Source of the DNA: Gemmatimonadaceae bacterium
GTDB lineage: Bacteria > Gemmatimonadota > Gemmatimonadetes > Gemmatimonadales > Gemmatimonadaceae
Assembly: GCA_051859245.1 (NCBI GenBank)
Contig: JBHYGA010000005.1
Coordinates: 904,422 to 968,421 of the forward strand
Length of the DNA: 64,000 bases
Direction of reading: 5' to 3'
Shown here: positions 11,241 through 20,538 of the stretch, one piece after another
How the letters are laid out: each line of letters begins with the position of its first letter
Position numbering within the stretch: the first letter of the stretch is position 1
Translations under genes and position numbers: made by a program
The notes under the pieces: model-generated
What the model saw: the letters and a program-made list of their open reading frames with translations, nothing else
Database searches by the model: none
What the model was told of the DNA's origin: nothing

Positions 11241-11594
11241 TCAGATCAACGCCGCGATTTGCGGCCGATGGCGACGAAGATCGAAGAGCAACTGCGCGAG
11301 ATTCGCTTCGCGGCGCACGAGTACGAGGAGGAACGCGTCCGTCGAGACCGCGGCGACCACGGCGAGGCCTTCTTCGTATTCCAGCACCGACAGTCCGAAC
11401 GCGCCGCGACCGAGCGCCGAGGCGAGCTCTGTGGCGGCGCCGACCAGCGGCGGCACGTGCGCGGCCAGACCGTCGGCATCAAGGCCCGACTCCACCGCGC
11501 CATCAATGAGCAGTCCATCGCGCCCCAGCACGACCACCGCGTCTACGCCTTCTCGGCGCCTGAGTGCACTTACCAGATCGCGAATCGTGGCCAT
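11241..11594 (-). CDS. Roadblock/LC7 (MglB-like) domain protein
   Basis: GVDAVVVLGRDGLLI motif; 117 aa with a Roadblock-type pattern; GGAG RBS. Confidence 0.8.
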   Translation of the reverse strand: MATIRDLVSALRRREGVDAVVVLGRDGLLIDGAVESGLDADGLAAHVPPLVGAATELASALGRGAFGLSVLEYEEGLAVVAAVSTDAFLLVLVRREANLAQLLFDLRRHRPQIAALI

Positions 11595-11787
11595 TTCGAA
11601 CAGCTCCTGCGCAAAGAAGAGGACGGACCCAGTCCCTCGGTGGAACGCGATGGTCGGCGCTCACGTGTGGTCAGGGTAGTGATCGGGCGGGTAAGGCGTC
11701 AAGACCAATCGTCAGGCGCGTCGAGGCACAGCGGCCGCGGCGCTTGCTCGGACACGAGTTGCTCGGTAAGCTACCGGGTCTGTTCGT

Positions 11788-12408
11788 GTGGTCCTTCCCG
11801 AAGCATTTGCGAGGCATCCTCTGCTGCTCCAACATCGTCGACCGTGGCGCGCCATGGCGGTGCTCGCCTCCGCCCTGATCGTCTCAGCCTGCAGTCAAGA
11901 CGACCCGTTCCGCCCCACGGCAACGTCTGCCAACGTTATTACCGGCGTCTCACTGGCCTCGTTCTCCACGGGCGCCGTCGCACAGACCGCCATCGATCTG
12001 GTCAACCTGCGCGCAGTGCGGCCGGAGGTGCAGGCCAACGGTCTGGTCAACTTTCAGCTGGCCGTTGATCTCGATGCGACCGGCAAGGTGAATCTGCTGC
12101 CGGTGCTGGCGGTGCTGCGACCGCCCGGCGGCGCCAACACGGTGGGTTTGGCCCGGTCGACCGCTTCATTCGATGCCCTCAATCGGGCGCCAACGGGCGG
12201 CTTCCGACCGGACACGGCCATGCTCGCCGACGTCGGCGAAACGATTCTGCTGCAGGTGCAGGCGGGCACGTGTGTATACGGCGACCCGCTGTACGGCAAG
12301 TTGGTGGTGGACGGCGTGAACACGACCACGCGTCGTGTCCTCCTTCGCTTTATGCTCAACCGCAATTGCGGCTATCGCGACCTCACTGAAGGCATTCCGC
12401 GCAACTGA
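11788..12408 (+). CDS. hypothetical lipoprotein
   Basis: Hydrophobic stretch ending in lipobox VSAC; two C-terminal Cys. Exact start is uncertain. Confidence 0.65.
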   Translation: MVLPEAFARHPLLLQHRRPWRAMAVLASALIVSACSQDDPFRPTATSANVITGVSLASFSTGAVAQTAIDLVNLRAVRPEVQANGLVNFQLAVDLDATGKVNLLPVLAVLRPPGGANTVGLARSTASFDALNRAPTGGFRPDTAMLADVGETILLQVQAGTCVYGDPLYGKLVVDGVNTTTRRVLLRFMLNRNCGYRDLTEGIPRN

Positions 12409-12415
12409 GTCTCTT

Positions 12416-13693
12416 ATGCACGATATCCGTCTCCTCCGCGACCAGATGGACCATCTCCGCGAGGGGATGCGACGCCGGGGCAAGCTCGAAGAGCTGGCGC
12501 CGGTTCTGAACCGCGCGGAAGCGCTCGAAAAAGAGCGTCGCGATGCGATTCGCGTGGCCGAAGAAGCGCAGGCGCGTCGCAACAAGTTGTCGCAGGAGGT
12601 CGCGCAACGTCGCCGCAGCGGCGAGAACGCCGACGATCTTGTTGCCGAATCGCGCAAGATCGGCGACGAACTCACGGCGCTTGAGGAAAAGCGTGCCGCC
12701 GTGGAAGCGGAGGTGCAGCAGATTCTGATGGAGCTGCCGAATCTCACGCTTGACGAAGTACCGGCTGGCGGCGAAGAAGCGAACACGATCGTTCGCACGT
12801 GGGGCACACCACGTGCCGGCGATTCCGGCATCGCACCACACTGGGAAGTGGGGGAGCGGCTCGGCATGATCGACCTGCCGCGCGGCGCGAAGATTTCGGG
12901 CAGCGGGTTCATTGTGTATCGCGGCGCCGGTGCAAAACTGGTGCGCGCGCTCATGAACTTCATGATCGACGTGCACACGGAAGAGCACGGCTATGAAGAG
13001 TTGTGGGTGCCGCTCGTGGTGAACCGTGCCACCCTCACGGGTACGGGGCAGTTGCCCAAGTTTGAAGACGACATGTACGCCATCGCCGATGACGATCTGT
13101 TTCTGATCCCGACGGCCGAAGTCCCGGTGACGAATCTGTATCGCGACGAGATTCTGGATGCGACTGAGCTGCCGCGCTCGTTTGTGGCGTTCAGCGCGTG
13201 CTTCCGTCGTGAAGCCGGTTCGGCGGGCAAGGACACGCGCGGACTCTTGCGTGTGCATGAGTTCGACAAAGTGGAGCTCGTACGTTATGCCACTCCGGAA
13301 TCGTCGCGCGATGAACTTGAAGTGCTCACCGCTCACGCGGAAAAAATGCTGCAGCTCCTCGAGCTGCCGTATCGTGTGCTGCGACTGGCCGCCGGCGACA
13401 CCGGTTTTTCGAGCGCCATGACGTACGATCTTGAAGTGTTTGCGCCCGGCGTGGGCAAGTGGCTTGAGGTGTCGTCGTGTTCGGTGTTTACCGATTTTCA
13501 GGCACGTCGTGCCAACATTCGCTATCGCACGGCGCCCGGTGAGAAGCCCCGGTTTGTACATACGCTGAACGGATCGGCACTCGCGTTCTCACGCATTATT
13601 GCGGCGCTGTTTGAGCATCACCAGCAGAGCGACGGCACGATCACGGTACCGGCCGCGCTGCGTCGGTATCTGGGGCGCGATACACTCGGCTGA
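12416..13693 (+). CDS. serS: serine--tRNA ligase
   Basis: MHDIRLLR N-terminus; GTGQLPKF, LIPTAEV, FRREAGSAG, HEFDKVE and HTLNGS motifs. Confidence 0.98.
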   Translation: MHDIRLLRDQMDHLREGMRRRGKLEELAPVLNRAEALEKERRDAIRVAEEAQARRNKLSQEVAQRRRSGENADDLVAESRKIGDELTALEEKRAAVEAEVQQILMELPNLTLDEVPAGGEEANTIVRTWGTPRAGDSGIAPHWEVGERLGMIDLPRGAKISGSGFIVYRGAGAKLVRALMNFMIDVHTEEHGYEELWVPLVVNRATLTGTGQLPKFEDDMYAIADDDLFLIPTAEVPVTNLYRDEILDATELPRSFVAFSACFRREAGSAGKDTRGLLRVHEFDKVELVRYATPESSRDELEVLTAHAEKMLQLLELPYRVLRLAAGDTGFSSAMTYDLEVFAPGVGKWLEVSSCSVFTDFQARRANIRYRTAPGEKPRFVHTLNGSALAFSRIIAALFEHHQQSDGTITVPAALRRYLGRDTLG

Positions 13694-13694
13694 G

Positions 13695-14837
13695 ATGCCA
13701 CGCAAAGCGCCGCCGTTCGCACTCGTCGCGCTGGCCGTGGCGTTGTTGCTGGGCTGGTATGTGGTGTACACGCAATCTGTCGTGGTGGAGTTGCGTCGAG
13801 CGGCGCAGCTTCAGGGGCAGATGTCGTCGCGCGTGTATACGGCGCTTGTCGACACCGTCACTGCTGAGGGCGATGTGCTGCTCGCGCTTGCGCAGCAGTT
13901 GCGCGCCTCTGGTGTCCCGCAAATCCTGGTGTCTCCGGATGGCACCGTTGCGGACACGGCCAACCTGCCCACGCTCGCGGACAGCGCGGCGCTGGCCGCG
14001 TACATCGACGAGCTTGATGCGCTGAACGATCCGATCGAAGCGCCTGGCGCTGGCTCGATCCACTACGGCGACAGCCGCCTGGTGCGCGGTCTCGCCACGA
14101 TCCCGCTGTTGCAGGCGGGTGCGATTGGACTGTTGCTGTTGCTCGGCCTGTGGGGATTGCGTGAGCGCGGTCGCGCCGAACGTGAGAAAGTGTGGGCCGG
14201 TATGGCGCGTGAATCGGCGCATCAACTCGGTACGCCGCTGTCGTCCATCTCGGGCTGGCTCGAACTGCTCGAAGACTCGGCCGGTGACAACCCATCCGTG
14301 GCGCGCGCCGTCACGCAAATGGGGCAGGATCTCGCACGTCTTGATCGTGTCGCCCATCGTTTTGAACGCATCGGTCGTCCACCGCGCCGCGATGAGGTGG
14401 AGCTTGGCGCCATGGTTGATCGGATCGCCACGTACTTCGAAGCGCGCGTGCCGAAGATCGCGCGCAAAGTGACGGTGCGCGGCGTGCGTCCCGATGAGCG
14501 GCTTGTTGTCGCCGGCGATGGTGTGCTGCTCGAGTGGGTGCTGGAAGTGCTGGTCAAGAACGCGATCGATGCGCTTGGCGGACGTGACGGCGAGGTGGTG
14601 ATCAGCGCGGAACCGCTCGCCGAGGGCGGAGCACGCGTGCGTGTCACGGACAACGGCCCCGGTGTGCCACGGTCAGTGCGCAAGAAGATCTTCGAGGCGG
14701 GGTTCTCCACCAAGGAGCGCGGCTGGGGCATTGGTCTCTCGCTTGCGCGCCGTATTGTGGAAGAAAATCATGCGGGCAAGCTGGAGTTGGTCGACTCTGA
14801 ACGAGGCGCGACGTTCGACGTTATCTTGAAGGCATGA
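13695..14837 (+). CDS. membrane sensor histidine kinase
   Basis: Two TM segments; H-box AHQLGTPLS; N-box KNAIDA; DNGPG and GWGIGL motifs. Confidence 0.93.
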   Translation: MPRKAPPFALVALAVALLLGWYVVYTQSVVVELRRAAQLQGQMSSRVYTALVDTVTAEGDVLLALAQQLRASGVPQILVSPDGTVADTANLPTLADSAALAAYIDELDALNDPIEAPGAGSIHYGDSRLVRGLATIPLLQAGAIGLLLLLGLWGLRERGRAEREKVWAGMARESAHQLGTPLSSISGWLELLEDSAGDNPSVARAVTQMGQDLARLDRVAHRFERIGRPPRRDEVELGAMVDRIATYFEARVPKIARKVTVRGVRPDERLVVAGDGVLLEWVLEVLVKNAIDALGGRDGEVVISAEPLAEGGARVRVTDNGPGVPRSVRKKIFEAGFSTKERGWGIGLSLARRIVEENHAGKLELVDSERGATFDVILKA

Positions 14838-17299
14838 CTTCTGTTTCGTACGGCTCGTTGTTCGATCAGCCTCCCGAGGCGCCCAAAGTAGATATGTCGC
14901 GCACGCTCGCCGGACTGAATCCGGCGCAGCGCGAGGCGGTGCTGCACGATGACGGGCCCATGCTTGTACTCGCTGGCGCCGGCTCTGGCAAAACGCGCGT
15001 GCTCACCACGCGCATTGTGCGATTGATCGCGGAACGTCGCATTCCGGCGTCAGCCATTCTGTCGGTCACGTTCACGAACAAGGCCGCCGGCGAAATGCGC
15101 GAGCGCATTGGCCGGCAGCTCGGATATGAGCCGAACGGTATGTGGAGCGGCACATTCCACAGCATTGGGGCGCGGTTGCTGCGTCGCATTGCGCCACTGG
15201 TCGGGCGGACGGCACAGTTCACAATCTATGATGAAGACGATTCCATTTCGCTGGTCAAGCGAGTGATGGAGCGTCGTCGGATCGATGTGAAGCAGTTCCC
15301 GCCCAAGGCAGTGCTGGGTGCGATTTCTGATGCAAAGAATGCACTGGTGTCGGCCACCGAGTACGCCACCCTCGCGCGCGACCCGTTCGCGCAGGCGGTG
15401 GCTGGCGTGTACGTGGATCTTGATGACGCATTGCAGCGCGCCAACGCGGTGAGCTTTGATGATCTGCTTGTGCTCCCGGTGCGCGCGCTTGAGCAGAACG
15501 AACCCTTGCGCGGCGATTTGCAGCAACGCTTTCGGTACATTCTGGTGGACGAGTATCAGGATACCAATCGCGCACAATATCGGTTCATTCAACTGGTGGG
15601 TGCCGCGCACGGCAACGTGCTCGTGGTGGGTGACGACGATCAGTCCATTTACGGCTGGCGTGGCGCGGATATTCGCAATATCCTCGACTTCGAACGTGAT
15701 TTTCCCGGCGCCGGCATTGTGCGCCTCGAAGAGAACTATCGCAGTACGCCGCAGATTCTTGATGTCGCGAACGCTGTGATTGTGGGGAACACGGAACGGC
15801 GCGGCAAAACGTTGCGCGCCACGCGGCCAGCCGGTGAAACGGTCATGCGCGTGGGGGCGCTCGACGAGCGTGACGAAGCCGATTTTGTGGCGGACACGAT
15901 TGTTGATCGCACGACACGCGGCGGGATGGGACGCCGTGAATGTGCGATTCTCTATCGCACCAATGCGCAGAGTCGCGCGTTTGAAGACGCGTTTCGCCGT
16001 CGCAGCATTCCGTATCGTCTTGTTGGTGCGGTGCGGTTTTATGACCGTCGTGAAATTCGTGACCTGATGGCGTACCTCAAACTCGTGGCCAATCCGAGCG
16101 ACGATGAAGCGTTTCGTCGCGCGGTGTCTGTGCCGCGGCGTGGGCTTGGCGATACCACGATTGCCGTGCTCGCCGAAGCGGCCCAGCAGGCGCGTATCCC
16201 GATCTTCGAAGCGGCAACACGGGCCGATATTGTGGGCGGACTGCGAGCTGCCGCTCGCACCTCGCTTGCGGATTTCGTGGTGCTGATCCAGCAGTTTCGC
16301 GAGAAAGCGGTGGATGCATCGGTCGACGAGTTGCTGCGCGATCTCGTCATGGCGATCCGGTACGAAGACCACCTGCGTGCGGAGGGCCAGGAAGGCCTGG
16401 AACGCATCGAGAACGTGCGTGAGTTGATTGCCGGTGCTGCCGAAGTGGTCGCGGATGAAGGCGGAGAAGTTGGCCTGACACCACTCGACCACTTCTTGCA
16501 GCAGGCTACGCTGGTCGCGGGCACAGACGCACTCGATCCATCGGCCGATGCGGTCACCATGATGACCATGCACAACGCCAAGGGACTGGAGTTCCCGCTG
16601 GTGTTTGTCACGGGATTGGAAGACGGACTGTTTCCGCTCGCGCGCGCGGCCGAAGATCCGTCGCAGCTCGAAGAAGAACGGCGCTTGTTCTACGTTGGCG
16701 TGACGCGCGCTGAGCGCACGTTGTATCTCACGCACGCGGAGCAGCGCCGTCGCAACGGTGAGTTCATGGCGTGCATGCCGTCGCGTTTCATGCGAGAAAT
16801 CCCCAAAGAGTTGATTCGTCGCGCCGACACGAAACGCGTGATGACCGAAGGGCGTGGCCGTTCAGCGTTTGGCGACCTCGATGATGCGCCGTTTGGTTCG
16901 CGCGGAGGGAGTAGCAGTGGCTGGCGCGATCAGCCGCGTGGTGAGGGCGACGCGCGTCGGCGTTCCGCGCCTGGCATGTATGGGAGCGCCGGCTTTGGTA
17001 CGAATGCGTTCGAAGGGAAGAGCCGCCTGGACGCTGGGCGTTCGAATACGCGGCGCATCGATCCCTCGTCGTGGAGTGGTGGTCGAGACGCGGACGTGTC
17101 ACCGGAAGACGAATCGCAGGACGCACCGGAGTTGCGCATTGGCGAGCGAGTCAAGCACGCGAAATTTGGCAGCGGCACGATCGCCGAGTTTACCGGTAGC
17201 GGGCGTGACGCAAAGGTGCGCATTGACTTTGATGATGAAGAAATCGGTCGCAAGACACTGGTGATTGCGCAGGCCAAACTCGAACGAGGGTGGGAGTAA
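14834..17299 (+). CDS. pcrA: ATP-dependent DNA helicase PcrA/UvrD
   Basis: AGAGSGKT, TFTNKAA, DEYQD, NYRS, HNAKGLEF and EERRLFYV motifs; C-terminal Tudor-like domain (HAKFGSG). Confidence 0.95.
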   Translation: MTSVSYGSLFDQPPEAPKVDMSRTLAGLNPAQREAVLHDDGPMLVLAGAGSGKTRVLTTRIVRLIAERRIPASAILSVTFTNKAAGEMRERIGRQLGYEPNGMWSGTFHSIGARLLRRIAPLVGRTAQFTIYDEDDSISLVKRVMERRRIDVKQFPPKAVLGAISDAKNALVSATEYATLARDPFAQAVAGVYVDLDDALQRANAVSFDDLLVLPVRALEQNEPLRGDLQQRFRYILVDEYQDTNRAQYRFIQLVGAAHGNVLVVGDDDQSIYGWRGADIRNILDFERDFPGAGIVRLEENYRSTPQILDVANAVIVGNTERRGKTLRATRPAGETVMRVGALDERDEADFVADTIVDRTTRGGMGRRECAILYRTNAQSRAFEDAFRRRSIPYRLVGAVRFYDRREIRDLMAYLKLVANPSDDEAFRRAVSVPRRGLGDTTIAVLAEAAQQARIPIFEAATRADIVGGLRAAARTSLADFVVLIQQFREKAVDASVDELLRDLVMAIRYEDHLRAEGQEGLERIENVRELIAGAAEVVADEGGEVGLTPLDHFLQQATLVAGTDALDPSADAVTMMTMHNAKGLEFPLVFVTGLEDGLFPLARAAEDPSQLEEERRLFYVGVTRAERTLYLTHAEQRRRNGEFMACMPSRFMREIPKELIRRADTKRVMTEGRGRSAFGDLDDAPFGSRGGSSSGWRDQPRGEGDARRRSAPGMYGSAGFGTNAFEGKSRLDAGRSNTRRIDPSSWSGGRDADVSPEDESQDAPELRIGERVKHAKFGSGTIAEFTGSGRDAKVRIDFDDEEIGRKTLVIAQAKLERGWE

Positions 17300-17300
17300 C

Positions 17301-17615
17301 GTGGCCGTTTCAGAAAACGATGTGCGACATGTGGCGGCGCTTGCGCGGCTTGGTCTCGCTGATGATCGGGTGAAGTCGTTGGTGGGGGAGCTGAACAGCA
17401 TTCTCGAGCATATGGATGTGCTGCAGGCGGTCGATATTGGCGGCGCCTCGCTCGATCCTGATGCTACGCAAGGCATGCCTATGCGTGAGGACGTGCCAAA
17501 TCCGATCGCGTTGCATCGCGCGCGCGAAGAGTTTGCACCGCTCATGCGTGACGGATTTTTTCTGGTGCCGCGACTGTCAACGCACGGCACCACAGATGAT
17601 GAGGGCGAAGGATGA
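17301..17615 (+). CDS. gatC: Asp/Glu-tRNA amidotransferase subunit C
   Basis: VRHVAALARL, MRED and FFLVPR motifs; GTG start; upstream of gatA. Confidence 0.93.
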   Translation: MAVSENDVRHVAALARLGLADDRVKSLVGELNSILEHMDVLQAVDIGGASLDPDATQGMPMREDVPNPIALHRAREEFAPLMRDGFFLVPRLSTHGTTDDEGEG

Positions 17616-19075
17616 CCGACACTTCGTTGCTCTCGCGTTCGGCTGCGGATGTTGCCGCGGATATCGCGTCTGGTCGATTGACCCGTGACGCCGCACTTGA
17701 TGCATCGCTTGCGGCCATGGCGGCTGCGCATGCGGGACCGGGCGGCCTCAACGCCGTGTTGTGGACGGACGAAGACGGTGCGCGTGCGGATGTCGCCGCG
17801 ATGGACATCGACACTCACGCGCTCCCGTTAGCGGGCATTCCCGTCGCGATCAAGGACAACATCGCCACGCGCACCATGCCCACAACGTGCGGCTCGAAGA
17901 TCCTCGAAGGTTATGTGAGCCCGTTTGAAGCCACAGTCATCGCCAAGCTCCGCGCGGCCGGCGCCGTACTGCCCATGAAGACCAACATGGACGAGTTCGC
18001 GATGGGATCCAGCACGGAAAACAGTGCCTGGGGCAGTACCAGACATCCCATGGATCACACGCGTGTGCCGGGTGGATCGAGCGGTGGTTCGGCGGCAGTT
18101 GTTGCGGCTGGTGTCACGCGCATTGCGCTGGGCTCCGAGACCGGCGGCTCCGTGCGTCAACCCGCGGCCTTCTGTGGCATCGTGGGTGTGAAGCCCACGT
18201 ACGGCCGCGTTTCACGGCACGGGCTCGTGGCGTTTGCGTCAAGCCTCGATCAGGTGGGCGTGTTCGGTCAAACCGTCGACGACGCCGCGCTCGCCTTGCA
18301 GGTTATTGCTGGCGCCGATCCGCTCGACAGCACAACCGTCGCCGTACCGGTGCCGGACTACCGGCTGTCGCGCGACCGTACTGGAGAGAAGCCGCTCGAC
18401 GGGGTGGTCGTGGGTTTGCCCACAGAATACTGGCCCGAGTCGCTCGATCCGCGCATGCGCGCATTGCTCGATCGCTCGGTGCAGCGCCTGATCTCGCTCG
18501 GTGCTGATGTGCGTGAAGTGTCCCTGCCGCACACATCACTCGCGATCCCCGTGTACTACATCGTGGCGCCCGCCGAAGCGAGTTCCAACCTGGCGCGTTT
18601 TGACGGCGTGCGGTACGGCTTGCGCGTGGAGGGTGATGGGCTGCGCGGCATGTACGAGGCAACGCGGTCACAGGGGTTTGGCCCCGAAGTGACGCGCCGT
18701 ATTCTGCTCGGCACGTACGTGCTTAGCGCCGGCTACTACGATGCGTACTACAAGCGCGCCATGGCCGTCAGAAAGTTGATTGCGGCGGACTTCACCAACG
18801 TGTTTGCCAGCGGCGTGCACGTGCTCTTCACGCCAACGACGCCGACCACAGCGTTTGTGGCTGGCTCGAAGAACGATCCCTACGAGATGTACATGAGCGA
18901 TATTTTCACGGCCACCGCGAACCTCGCCGGTGTGCCCGCCATGTCGCAGCCAATTGGCCGCTTGGATGGATTGCCGGTCGGCGGCCAGCTGCTTGCGTCG
19001 CACTTTGACGAAGCCACGATGTTCCGTGTGGCGTATGCGCTCGAGCGCGCGCTCGGCGCGGAGGCACACGCATGA
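17612..19075 (+). CDS. gatA: Asp/Glu-tRNA amidotransferase subunit A
   Basis: Amidase signature KTNMDEFAMGSSTE, PGGSSGGS and GSETGGSVRQPA; ASSNLARFDG. Confidence 0.98.
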   Translation: MTDTSLLSRSAADVAADIASGRLTRDAALDASLAAMAAAHAGPGGLNAVLWTDEDGARADVAAMDIDTHALPLAGIPVAIKDNIATRTMPTTCGSKILEGYVSPFEATVIAKLRAAGAVLPMKTNMDEFAMGSSTENSAWGSTRHPMDHTRVPGGSSGGSAAVVAAGVTRIALGSETGGSVRQPAAFCGIVGVKPTYGRVSRHGLVAFASSLDQVGVFGQTVDDAALALQVIAGADPLDSTTVAVPVPDYRLSRDRTGEKPLDGVVVGLPTEYWPESLDPRMRALLDRSVQRLISLGADVREVSLPHTSLAIPVYYIVAPAEASSNLARFDGVRYGLRVEGDGLRGMYEATRSQGFGPEVTRRILLGTYVLSAGYYDAYYKRAMAVRKLIAADFTNVFASGVHVLFTPTTPTTAFVAGSKNDPYEMYMSDIFTATANLAGVPAMSQPIGRLDGLPVGGQLLASHFDEATMFRVAYALERALGAEAHA

Positions 19076-20526
19076 GCGCGACGAACGTGACTGACGGCTA
19101 CGAAATGGTGATCGGCCTCGAAGTGCACTGTCAGCTTAAGACGCGCAGCAAACTGTTCAGTGCGGCGAGCGCACAATTTGGTGATGCGCCGAATGCGAAC
19201 ACCGACGCGGTGTGCCTTGGTTTACCGGGTGCGCTGCCGGTCTTGAACAAACACGCGATTCTGCTGGCGACGCGCGCGTCGCTGGGCCTCGAATGCACCG
19301 TACACGAAGTCTCGGTGTTCGCACGCAAGCATTACTTCTATCCGGATCTGCCCAAGGGCTACCAGATTTCGCAGTTTGATCGCCCGCTGGCCACGGGTGG
19401 CAAGGTGGTGATTGGTACGCACGCCGATGGATCAGAAAAGTTTATTGGTATTACGCGCGTACACGTCGAAGAAGACGCGGGCAAGTCGGTACACGATCGC
19501 TTTCCGGGGTTCTCCGCCATCGATCTCAATCGCGCCGGCACGCCGCTCATCGAGATCGTGAGTGAGCCGGATATTCGCTCCGCGGCCGACGCTGGTCTGT
19601 ATCTGCGCGCGCTCAAGCAGATTATCGAATACACGGATGTGAGTGACGCCAGCATGGAAGAAGGCTCGCTGCGAGTCGACGTGAACATTTCGGCGCGCCC
19701 TATCGGTCAGCAAGAGTTTGGCACGCGCACGGAGATCAAGAATCTCAACTCCTTCAGTGGCGTCGAACGATCCATCGAAATTGAGTTTGCGCGTCACTGC
19801 AGCGTGCTGCGCGCCGGTGGGGTGATTGAACAGCGCACCATGTTGTGGGACGGTCACAAGGGTGAGGTACGTCCCGCGCGCGCCAAGGAAGGCAGTCATG
19901 ACTATCGCTATTTTCCTGAGCCCGATTTGCCACCGCTCGTGCTGAGTGCGGAGTGGATTCAGGAACAGCGCGATACACTGCAAGAGCTGCCGGCAGCCAA
20001 ACGTGCACGCTTCGCATCACAGTACGGATTGAGCGCGCACGATGTGGAGCAACTCACCGCAACCGTTGCACTGGCTGACCGGTTCGAAGCAGTGGCGGCG
20101 GCGAGTGGCAATGCCAAACGTGCGGCCAACTGGATGCTGGGTGTGGTACTCGCGGCGGTGAAGGTGCAGGGTGGCGATGTCACGTCGCATCCGGTGAGCG
20201 TGGCGCGACTTGGCGCGCTCATCAAGCTTGAAGAGTCCGGCGCGGTCTCGAACACGGCGGCCAAGCAGATTTTTGCGCTGCTCGAAAACGAAGACGCGGA
20301 GCCGAGTGCGATCGCCGAGCGAGAGGGACTGCTGCAAGTCAGTGACGACAGCGCGCTGGTGGCGTGGATTGACGAAGTGCTGGCGGAAATGCCGGAGGAA
20401 GCAGCGCGTTTTCTGGGCGGGGAAAAGAAGTTGCAGGGCGTGCTGGTTGGTGCGGTGATGAAAAAATCGAAGGGTAGTGCTGATCCGAAAAAGGTGAACC
20501 AGTTGTTGGGCAAGCGCGCGGGGTAG
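19072..20526 (+). CDS. gatB: Asp/Glu-tRNA amidotransferase subunit B
   Basis: IGLEVHCQL, YFYPDLPKGYQISQ, EEDAGKS and DYRYFPEPDL motifs. Confidence 0.98.
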   Translation: MSATNVTDGYEMVIGLEVHCQLKTRSKLFSAASAQFGDAPNANTDAVCLGLPGALPVLNKHAILLATRASLGLECTVHEVSVFARKHYFYPDLPKGYQISQFDRPLATGGKVVIGTHADGSEKFIGITRVHVEEDAGKSVHDRFPGFSAIDLNRAGTPLIEIVSEPDIRSAADAGLYLRALKQIIEYTDVSDASMEEGSLRVDVNISARPIGQQEFGTRTEIKNLNSFSGVERSIEIEFARHCSVLRAGGVIEQRTMLWDGHKGEVRPARAKEGSHDYRYFPEPDLPPLVLSAEWIQEQRDTLQELPAAKRARFASQYGLSAHDVEQLTATVALADRFEAVAAASGNAKRAANWMLGVVLAAVKVQGGDVTSHPVSVARLGALIKLEESGAVSNTAAKQIFALLENEDAEPSAIAEREGLLQVSDDSALVAWIDEVLAEMPEEAARFLGGEKKLQGVLVGAVMKKSKGSADPKKVNQLLGKRAG

Positions 20527-20538
20527 GCGGGTTTCTGA

